A DNA stretch of 64,000 bases from Antedon mediterranea (Eukaryota; Animalia; Echinodermata), in contig NC_092676.1 of NCBI RefSeq assembly GCF_964355755.1, positions 8,223,888 through 8,287,887 of the forward strand, in the 5' to 3' direction. Of this stretch, positions 12,201 through 24,200 are shown in pieces. Each line of letters starts with the position of its first letter. The stretch's first letter is position 1. The position numbers and the translations under genes are program-made. Under the pieces are notes generated by a model. The model searched no databases. It saw nothing but the letters and a program-made list of their open reading frames with translations, and was not told where the DNA came from.

Positions 12201-15200
12201 TTGATAGTGTAGACAGAGCTTAAAAGAACATAATAACATTTACTTCATATCCCAGCTGTGCACTCATATCCTCTGTTGTAAGACGTTTGTAGGTGTCTAA
12301 AGCCGTTTCTCCATCAATGACTGCTTGGCTGGAGTAAACAAAGAACTGAATATACACTTCGTCAGAGGTTGAAGTTGTCCTGCGAGAATCAGTGATCTGC
12401 AAGAACAATTAAATTCAAAGAAGAAATGGAAATAAATATTCTCCATTTTCCTCAACATCTGTAAGTGTAACACAATTTAAACCAACTCACATAAATCTCA
12501 TCCGTTTCACTTGGATCATTTGTTGCTCTTTTCTTGCGAATAAAGATTTTCCCATGAGATAAGAATTTAGAAGAATATCGTTTCTCATTTAACATTTTAA
12601 CCGCATTTGATTGGCCAATAGCACGCTTCTTCCTCCTATCACGTCCTTCGGCTTCAATGTAAAGGATCTCCAGATTGTTCTCCAAATCTACAATAGCAGG
12701 TTCTTCTTCATCTCTGTCGACTCTAATCAGCATAACCAGTTGATCCTCGTGGGATGCATGAGGCTCTCTGGTTGGTGCTGAAGTCGTTGAAGGAAGAGAC
12801 ACTGCATAGCTTGGCATTGCCACAACCTATATAAATAATTAAATTTGGATAACTGAATATTCCTTCTTATACAGTATTATTTTATAGTTAGTTTAGTAGC
12901 ATTCTTCAATAATCTATCTTGTTTAAAGGAAAGATTATTAGTACATAAAAAATGAAAATTAAAGTATTGAAAATAATGCACGTAAAAATAAAACTTTTCT
13001 CTGTAAGAGATATTTTTAATTACTAATAATCAAGAAAATGGTATAATTTACAATAGTGTATTGGCATGACATCATGACAGTGCCAAGTACAGTGGATTGA
13101 TAAGTTTCTATAAATAGGCCTACTATATGCCATACACAGCATTAAAAGCCTCATTAATCATAGCCATGTTTCATATAGTTTCACTTACCTTGTAAAAAGT
13201 TCTTTTTAAAAATGTATTTTAAATTAAAATTTTAAAGAAATAAACCAAAATGGAAAGTTTGTGCTCATTTAAAATAAACATTTGGTATCTCCCAACACTG
13301 GCCTGCATCCATGCCAGTAAAAAGGAAAAGGCATCATACAATATCGTAGATACTATTTTAGATCTGTATTCATCAAAATCAACATAACATGTCAACGGCA
13401 CCACAAGGTAAACATCATCATCACGTCAAGACTGGCGTAGTTTAAAGATTTTTAGTTTTAATTTAGCAACATTTTAGAGTGAATGAAAATATATAATAAA
13501 TATTTCAAAGAGTCAATTTCTCTAAAAGAAAATTTACTACACTCTGTTGCCTAATATAACAATTTTAAATGTTGAAAATGCATGATTTATGTTCACTGTG
13601 AAGCGGCAATTACAAATGTTTTCAATGTTTAAATATAGATATTACTGCTTTTAGCTGAATTTACTACTCATGAAAGCGAAACAAGATAATGTATGTTGTC
13701 GCCGAAGGACACTGCCTTTCCATTCAACACATCCTGTGTTGGCTTATAAATAATAGATAAGAAATATTTACTGTTAAAAAGGGTATCTGAAAAAAACTCC
13801 GGAACTTTGACATTTCTGCTACTTTGATCCCCATTAGACCACTGGGGCATACTGTATGACTGATTGGACAACGAACATCTTTCACCCTCAACAAGATAGA
13901 GTAGGTTTGTATGCATTATAGACAATTCAATCCATCATTTATTTCAATATAAGAATAATTAATTGGTAAATGGAAAAACGTCTATTTCATGAATTTAGGA
14001 TGTTACAAGGGCGAGTGGGGGCTAGGGAAGGGAGGGAAAGGATGTTGTAATGCTGTATGGTTGATTGTTGTCCATCGTTGTGCTACTCACAGAGGGGTGT
14101 TTACATTTATACTTTTCTAGTTATGTATGATTCCGCATCAGAGAGGAAATGGTCTATGTCGGTTTATCCAGGTAAGCTTGGCACAAAATATACTTTTTAT
14201 CCATGTAATCTTAAACGCTGATATTGTTTAATGATGACAAAATAAGTGTTACCTATAAAATGTGTTATTTTCTTACATAAGGTAACAATAATGCTTATAA
14301 AAATAATTAATTTACCTCATATGGTAATATATCTGTATAATCACTTTGGTTTAACTGATTATATGCATTTAGTACAGTATCTGCTGGAACAATAGCATTG
14401 TCTTCAACGACATAATAGTTGGCAGTAGTTAGAGTTGCATCATCATCTGCTCTTGTTACACCAGTTACCTGAATAAACATGTTTTGAAGTTATTATTAAT
14501 CTTTATTATTCTCAGGTAGTTTCTATTTTTCACTTTGTACATATTTGTGGATAATTTTACAAGTTGCATCCTTAATTATAAGATGCAGGTACAAACATCA
14601 GACATTATGAAGACATGTACAAGTATACAGAGTTAAATGATTAGTATGGTACTCACAACAACTTCAATATCAGAATTAGGGTCTGACTGCCTAACTTTCC
14701 TTCTGTGTGTTTTCCTAGAGTTGTCTATGTTTCTTTTTACTCTGTCTCTATCACCCACTAGTCCATGAAAAATAAACTCTTGGTTGTTTGCACCACCTAC
14801 ATAATCATGTCGGTGTATAGATCGTCTCTTTCTCCGTGTTTTAACCTCAACTCCTTTAATATATAACTCTTCGAGGTCATAGCTAAGCTCCAGTTTAAAT
14901 GATTCGGACTGTACATCAACGTTCACATCAACACTTAAAGTTATCTTAACTTGGTTTTCTAGTGGTATAGTTGTTTGATCCGGTGTAGTTGGTGGTGAGG
15001 TTTGATCCAGAAGCAGTGTAGTTGGTGGTGAGGTTTGATCCAGAAGCAGTGTAGTGGGTGATAATGTTTGGTTCTGTGGTGTAGTAGGCTGGGATGTTTG
15101 ATTCTGTTGTGGTGTAGTAGGCTGGGATGTTTGATTCTGTTGTGGTGTAGTAGGCTGGGATGTTTGATTCTGTTGTGGTGTAGTAGGCTGGGATGTTTGA

Positions 15201-18200
15201 TTCTGTGATGGTGTAATTGTAGACAACTGTGGTGTAGGGGTTGGCATCAATGTTGATAATGATAGAAATACTGAACTGGTCATTTCAGAAGAAGTCAAAT
15301 CAGAAGATGGCAATTCTGTCATACTTAATAATGAATAAACTGATGATTCCATAATGTCCTCTGTAAGAGTAACATATGAAATTGGTAACGATGTGAAGAG
15401 TGAATCTGTTAACTCAGAATTTAAGGATTTGGTTGGTTGTACAGAAGTTGAATACAACATTTGACTATCTGTGCTTATGTCGAATATTGTTGAATAATCA
15501 AAATATTCTGTGGTTTCCAAAATTTGAGTAATAATTGATTTACTTGATTTTGATGCAGAAACTGAGACAGCTATTGATGATTGAAGTCTTGAAACTTGAG
15601 ACATTTCTGTAGATGGTGTTATATCAATATTTTCAGAAGACAACTCTGGTATACTTGATATTGAATACATTGAAGCAGTATCTGGTATGGAACTGCTTAA
15701 TGATTTGGTAGGTTGTATATAACTTATCATTTCACTGTTAGTGTCTAAAATTGTTGAATAATCAAGTATTGATTCTGTGGCTGTCACAATGTCAGTAAAA
15801 ATTGACTCTGGTGAATCAATTAATTCAGTTAATAAATTGAAATCTGGAGTATGTGTCATTGCAAAAGCTTCTGTTGATGAAACATCATTCGATTGACTCA
15901 TTTCTGATGACAACAAAAGAAATGAGGATACACCAGATGTTTCCAGAGATACTGACGTCACAAGATTTTCAATAACTGTGGACTCAATTATCTCTGTGTA
16001 ATATGATTCAAACTCATACAGTGATTCTGAAGGTGGAATAATAAATAATGATTGAGTTGGAGAAATATTATTTGAAAAATTGGAAGCCCCACTTTCAGTT
16101 GCACTACTTTGGAAAACTTCTCCAACTGTCTCTAAATACTCTACAGTACTTGTAAGTTCAACATAGTCTGTTTCCCCAACTGTTTCAGTAAAAACTGATT
16201 GCATATAAGATTCTAGATCCGTAGTAAAGCTTTCAATTAGTGATGGGGTAGCTGTACGAGGTAAAGAGACATCTATAGATTCTGTCATAAAAATAGTTTC
16301 AACCAACATGGTGAATTCTGATGAATCAACTTCAGTTAATGTTTGGTACGAATTCTGTAGATTACTCGTAACTGTTTCCATCAATTGTGGTATTGAAGTA
16401 CTAGATACCTCCATAGATTCTGTCATAAAAAGTGTTTGTATTTCAACCAATATAGTGCTGAATTCTGATGAATCTATTTCAGTTAATGTTTGATATTCAT
16501 AAGAATTATCTTCTGTTGGAATAATACTAGTAACTGTTTCCATTAATTGCGGTGTAAGTTGAGTACTAGATAACGATACATCCACAGATTCTGTCATAAA
16601 AAGCGTTTGTGTTTCAACCAATATAGTGCTGAATTCTGATGAATCTATTGCAGTTAATGTTTGATATTCATAAGAATTATCTTCTGTTGGAATAATACTA
16701 GTAACTGTTTCCATTAATTGGGGTGTAAGTTGAGTACTAGATAACGATACATCCACAGATTCTGTCATAAAAAGCGTTTGTGTTTCAACCAATATAGTGC
16801 TGAATTCTGATGAATCTATTGCAGTTAATGTTTGATATTCATAAGAATTATCTTCTGTTGGAATAATACTAGTAACTATTTCCATTAATTGTGGTGTAGG
16901 TTGAGTACTAGATAATGATACATCCACAGATTCTGTCATAAAAAGCGTTTGTGTTTCAACCAATATAGTGCTGAATTCTGATGAATCTATTTCAGTTAAT
17001 GTTTGATATTCATAAGAATTATCTTCTGTTGGAATAATACTAGTAACTGTTTCCATTAATTGCAGTGTAGGTTGAGTACTAGATAACGATACATCCACAG
17101 ATTCTGTCATAAAAAGCGTTTGTATTTCAACCAATTCTGTTGAATCAATTTCTGTTTCAGTAGGGTGAAGATAACTAGTTACAAATACTGTACTCCATTC
17201 AGGAAAATATGATTCTGATATTGTTTCATAAAAATATGAGCTTTCTTCTGTAACTGTTGACCACATGTTGTTATCAGAGGCTGCAACTTCTTGTGTTTCA
17301 AAAACAGTACTCCACAAAGATTCAATATCTGAAGTTAGTGATGTGTAGGTTTCCAATTTGTCAGTAGAAGATGTTAGTTGAAAGTCTGTGTTGTATTTTT
17401 CTGAAGACACCTGAAAGACAAAAATAAGTATAATAATATTTGTTCCTAACTTAAGAAAGATCTTAATCTTAAAAAAACATCTATAAACCAGCTAATAGAA
17501 TTTTTCATGGAAAACATACAGAGTATATCAATAAACTCTATTACTTCAGAAACAGTTGTCGCATAACCACCAAAATGTCAAGAATTTCTCAACTTTTCTT
17601 TATTACCTTTCGGAAAAATATGATGTACTACAAACAAACCTGATTTAAACACCATTTCAAGGGTTGTTGTTCATCAAACGTGTAAGTATTTTTAATAAAA
17701 CATCAATGCAATACAATATTCATGCCAAAACTCATGCAATATACAAAATTAAAAACAATATCTACATTCAACAAGCCAAAACAAATTAAAAGCTATTTAC
17801 CCTTTGTATAATCTTACCTTCTGTATTACCAAAGAGGCTGCTGGTGTGACTGATGTCATTTCAATTGTGGATGTGAATGTAATGTATTCAGTCATGAAGT
17901 CAAATGAATCAACACCTGAAGATACCGTTTCTGTCGGTATGGAAATGATAACCAGAGATGAAGTACCAAATGTAGTATAATGTTGTGTGTTGAGTTAATA
18001 GATGTTAGGATGGAGAGAAAACAAATTAGCTTGATGATATGAAATTAAACATCTTCGATAGATAGTGACATATATTACTAAAGATTTTTGGTTAGGAGTA
18101 TAGATAGTAACAGATGTTTAAGATTGTGTGCAAGAACGGCTCACCTGTTTCTTGTATTCTTGTGACGTTTATAAAATCTTCCGTAGTTTTAATAGGTGAA

Positions 18201-21200
18201 ATTACTGAAGAGTCCATTATAGTTATAAACTCGGTTATAAATTCGGTTTCTGTCATTAGTAGGTTGGTAAATGGTGTAGTAGAGTATGATGATGTTTGAG
18301 GAAAGATCACTAAAGAATGAGTGTCTGTTGTTTGTGGTAGAAAACGATTAGTATTTATACTGAAAGAGGATGACGGAGAAGGTGATGGAAAAGTTTCAAA
18401 CTCTAAAGAAGAAAGGGTCTCAATGACAATTTCATTTCCAACTATTTCAGTTGTCATTAGATCAATGTCACCAGTGGACAGTACAGGAGCCGATGAAGGT
18501 GATGGTTGAACTGTTTCAAACTCAATAGAGGATACAATCTCTGTGACAAATTCAGTTTCATATATTTCAGTTGTCATTAGATTAATGTCACCAGATGATA
18601 TAACAAGAGCAGATGTTATTTGATAAATGCTACCAGATGACATAATGGGAGCAGATGAAGGTGATGGTTGAACAGTCTCAAACTCTATAGAGGAAACAAT
18701 CTCTGTGACAAATTCAGTTTCAAATACTTCAGATTTCATTAGATTACTGTCACCAGTTGACATAGCAGGAGGTGACGAAGGCGATGGTTGAACTGTCTGA
18801 AACTCTATAGAGGAAACAATCTCTGTGACAAATTCAGTTTCAAATACTTCAGATGTCATTACATTAATGTCACCAGCTGACATAACAGGAGCAGATGAAG
18901 GTGATGGTTGAACTGTCTCAAACTCTATAGAGGAAACAATCTCAGTGACAAATTCAGTTTCAAATACTTCAGATGTCATTAGATTAATGTCACCAGATGT
19001 CATAATGGGAGCAGATGAAGGTGATGGTTGAACTGTCTCAAACTCTATAGAGGAAACAATCTCTGTGACAAATTCAGTTTCAAATACTTCAGATGTCATT
19101 AGATTACTGTCACCAGTTGACATAACAGGAGGTGACGAAGGTGATGGTTGAACTGTTTCAAACTCTATAGAGGAAACAATCTCTGTGACAAATTCAGTTT
19201 CAAATACTTCAGATGTCATTATATTAATGTCACCAGTTGACATAACAGGAGCAGATGAAGGTGATGGTTGAACTGTCTCAAACTCTATAGAGGAAACAAA
19301 CTCTGTGACAAATTCAGTTTCATATACTTCAGATGTCATTATATTAATGTCACCAGATGACATACTGGGAGCAGATGAAGGTGATGGTTGAACTGTCTCA
19401 AACTCTATAGAGGAAACAATCTCTGTGACAAATTCAGTTTCAAATACTTCAGATGTCATTATATTAATGTCACCAGTTGACATAACAGGAGGTGACGAAG
19501 GCGATGGTTGAACTGTTTCAATAGAAGAAACAATCTCTGTGACAAATTCAGTTTCAAATAATTCAGATGTCATTGGATTAATGTCACCAGTTAACATAAC
19601 GGGAGCAGATGAAGGTGATGGTTGAACTGTCTCAAACGCAATAGAGGAAACAAACTCTGTGACAAATTCAGTTTCAAATACTTCAGATGTCATTGGATTA
19701 ATGTCACCAGTTAACATAACGGGAGCAGATGAAGGTGATGGTTGAACTGTCTCAAACTCTATAGAGGAAACAATTTCTGTGACAAATTCAGTTTCAAATA
19801 CTTCAGATGTCATTAGATTAATGTCACCAGATGTCATAATGGGAGCAGATGTAGGTGATGGTTGAACTGTCTCAAACTCTATAGAGGAAACAATCTCTGT
19901 TACAAATTCAGTTTCAAATACTTCAGATGTCATTAGATTACTGTCACCAGTTGACATAACAGGAGGTGACGAAGGCGATGGTTGAACTGTTTCAATAGAG
20001 GAAACAATCTCTGTGACAAATTCAGTTTCAAATAATTCAGATGTCATTGGATTAATGTCACCAGTTAACATAACGGGAGCAGATGAAGGTGATGGTTGAA
20101 CTGTCTCAAACGCAATAGAGGAAACAAACTCTGTGACAAATTCAGTTTCAAATACTTCAGATGTCATTATATTAATGTCACCAGATGACATAATGGGAGC
20201 AGATGAAGGTGATGGTTGAACTGTCTCAAACTCTATAGAGGAAACAAACTCTGTGACAAATTCAGTTTCAAATACTTCAGATGTCATTATATTAATGTCA
20301 CCAGATGTCATAATGGGAGCAGATGAAGGTGATGGTTGAACTGTCTCAAACTCTATAGAGGAAACAATCTCTGTGACAAATTCAGTTTCAAATACTTCAG
20401 ATGTTATTAGATTACTGTCAACAGTTGACATAACAGGAGGTGACGAAGGCGATGGTTGAACAGTTTCAATAGAGGAAACAATCTCTGTGACAAATTTTGT
20501 TTCAAATACTTCAGATGTCATTGGATTAATGTCACCAGTTAACATAACGGGAGCAGATGAAGGTGATGGTTGAACTGTCTCAAACGCAATAGAGGATACA
20601 ATCTCTGTGACAAATTCAGTTTCAAATACTTCAGATGTCATTATATTAATGTCACCAGTTGAAATAACAGGAGCATATGAAGGTGATGGTTGAACTGTCT
20701 CAAATTCTATAGAGGAAACAAACTCTGTGACAAATTCAGTTTCAAATACTTCAGATGTCATTATATTAATGTCACCAGATGACATAATGGGAGCAGATGA
20801 AGGTGATGGTTGAACTGTCTCAAACTCTATAGAGGAAACAATCTCTGTGACAAATTCAGTTTCAAATACTTTAGATGTCATTATATTAATGTCACCAGTT
20901 GACATAACAGGAGCAGATGAAGGTGATGGTTGAACTGTCTCAAACTCTATAGAGGAAACAAACTCTGTGACAAATTCAGTTTCAAATACTTCAGATGTCA
21001 TTATATTAATGTCATCAGATGTCATAATGGGAGCAGATGAAGGTGATGGTTGAACTGTCTCAAACTCTATAGAGGAAACAATCTCTGTGACAAATTCAGT
21101 TTCAAATACTTCAGATGTCATTAGATTACTATCACTAGATGACATAATGGGAGCAGATGAAGGTGATGGTTGAACTGTCTCAAACTCTATAGAGGAAACA

Positions 21201-24200
21201 ATCTCTGTGACAAATTCAGTTTCAAATACTTCAGATGTCATTAGATTACTGTCACCAGTTGTTATAATGGGAGCAGATGAAGGTGATGGTTGAACTGTCT
21301 CAAACTCTATAGAGGAAACAATCTCTGTGACAAATTCAGTTTCAAATACTTCAGATGTCATTAGATTACTGTCACCAGTTGACATAACAGGAGGTGACGA
21401 AGGCGATGGTTGAACTGTTTCAATAGAGGAAACAATCTCTGTGACAAATTCAGTTTCAAATACTTCAGATGTCATTGGATTAATGTCACCAGTCGACATA
21501 ACAGGATCAGATGAAGGTGATGGTTGAACTGTGTCAATAGAGGAAACGATCTCTGTGACAAATTCAGTTTCATATACTTCAGATGTCATTAGATTAATGT
21601 CACCAGTTAACATAACAGGAGCAGATGAAGGTGATGGTTGAACTGTTTCAATAGAGGTAACAATCTCTGTGACAAATTTAGTTTCAAATACTTCAGATGT
21701 CATTAGATTAATATCACCAGATGTTATAATGGGAGCAGATGAAGGTGATGGTTGAACTGTCTCAAACTCTATAGAGGAAACAATCTCTGTGACAAATTCA
21801 GTTTCAAATACTTCAGATGTCATTAGATTACTGTCACCAGTTGACATAACAGGAGGTGACGAAGGCGATGGTTGAACTGTTTCAATAGAGGAAACAATCT
21901 CTGTGACAAATTCAGTTTCAAATACTTCAGATGTCATTGAATTAATTTCACCAGTTAACATAACGGGAGCAGATGAAGGTGATGGTTGAACTGTCTCAAA
22001 CGCAATAGAGGATACAATCTCTGTGACAAATTCAGTTTCAAATACTTCAGATGTCATTATATTAATGTCACCAGTTGAAATAACAGGAGCATATGAAGGT
22101 GATGGTTGAACTGTCTCAAACTCTATAGAGGAAACAAACTCTGTGACAAATTCAGTTTCAAATACTTCAGATGTCATTATATTAATGTCATCAGATGACA
22201 TACTGGGAGCAGATGAAGGTGATGGTTGAACTGTCTCAAACTCTATAGAGGAAACAATCTCTGTGACAAATTCAGTTTCAAATACTTCAGATGTCATTAT
22301 ATTAATGTCACCAGTTGACATAACAGGATCAGATGAAGGTGATGGTTGAACTGTGTCAATAGAGGAAACGATCTCTGTGACAAATTCAGTTTCATATACT
22401 TCAGATGTCATTAGATTAATGTCACCAGTTAACATAACAGGAGCAGATGAAGGTGATGGTTGAACTGTTTCAATAGAGGTAACAATCTGTGTGACAAATG
22501 CAGTTTCAAATAATTCAGATGTCATTAGATTAATGTCACCAGTTGACATAACGGGAGCAGATGAAGGTGATGGTTGAACTGTCTCTATAGAAGAAACAAT
22601 CTCTGTGACAAATTCAGTTTCATATACCTCAGATGTCATTAGACTTAAGTCACCAGTTGACATAACAGGAGCAGATGAAGGTGATGGTTGAACTGTTTCA
22701 ATAGCGGAAACAATCTCTGTGACAAATTCAGTTTCAAATAATTCAGATGTCATTAGATTAATGTCACCAGTTGACATAACAGGAGCAGATGAAGGTGATT
22801 GTTGAACTGTGTCAATAGAGGAAACGATCTCTGTGACAAATTCAGTTTCAAATATTTCAGATGTCATTAGATTAATGTCACCAGTTGACATAACAGGAAC
22901 AGATGAAGGTGATGGTTGAACTGTGTCAATAGAGGAAACGTTTTCTGTGACAAATTCAGTTTCAAATAATTCAGATGTCATTGGATTAATGTCACCAGTT
23001 GACATAACAGGAGCAGATGAAGGTGATGGTTGAACTGTCTCGATAGAGGAAACGATCTCTGTGACAAATTCAGTTTCAAATACTTCAGATGTCATTAGAT
23101 TAATTTCACCAGTTGACAGAACAGGAGCAGATGAAGATGATGGTTGAACTGTTTCAAACTCAATAGAGAAAACAGTCTCTGTGATGAATTTAGTTTCAAA
23201 TATTTCAGATGTCATTAAATTAGTTGACGTAACAAAAGGTGATTGTAAAAGCGTTTTTAATTTTGAAAGTGAAATTTCGTTGCTATTTGGTGTTGGTGCA
23301 GTATAAAACATAGTATCAAAAACTTCAGAAGTGATGTATTCAGTCTTTACAATAACTTCTTCCTTTTTTAAGTGTAACGGTGACATTTTTTCATCGTCAA
23401 GTGAGTGTGCGTGATTGAGGTTAGCATGACTAGCAATTGAAGAGTGAATGTTAAAAGCAATGTTACCATTTGTGACAGAAAGTGAGTGTGAAGCTGACAA
23501 CACCTGTGAACATTAATGTGAATACATTTACTACACCACAACAAGCATTTCACAACACAGATGCACTGTAAATTGACAATACAAATACAGATCTCTCTAA
23601 AACAGTTATAGCTGGTTTATTAAATTTATGCTAATTTTCAGGTGTCAATATGAATTTCAAATGTACAAACACAGAGATCTATAAACGGATTGTGCAAACA
23701 TATTAAATCTATATATAAAACAATTAGATACTAAAGAATTATTTGGTTGGTTATAACACAAATAGGTTTGTTATTAATAGCGGTAGGAATATTTTTTAAT
23801 TTAAGCTTAAGTATATTAATATTATAATGGCTCAAATAATATTGAAATATGTTATATTAAACTGAACACACATTTTGACTAACAAACATTATTAAAATAA
23901 TAGCATGTACATCAATACAATGTTAACAACAACCATGCATTAACACAACATATAAGTAATTGTAAAGTTACATAAAACATGCACATTTAACAAAGTTAAG
24001 GGTACAAAATGTTCTAAAAAACTGTCATGCATCAATAATACAGTAATATCTCCCTATTACAAATGCTAATTTACGTATGGCTATATTGTGGCTACAGTAG
24101 TTAAATTTGTATGGACAAGATAAAGATGTCCTTTTATGATATGTCACCATTATTCCTGATCTAACGCTTTTGAACTTTTTTCAATTAGAGAAGAAAAACA

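Noticed and set aside
13219-13925. Short ORFs in the intron between exons 6 and 7
   Set aside because: No compatible splice sites or recognisable motifs; the flanking exons join in phase without them.
18440-23220. CRISPR-like regular repeat spacing
   Set aside because: Units are contiguous coding tandem repeats without unique spacers; eukaryotic context and no cas genes.
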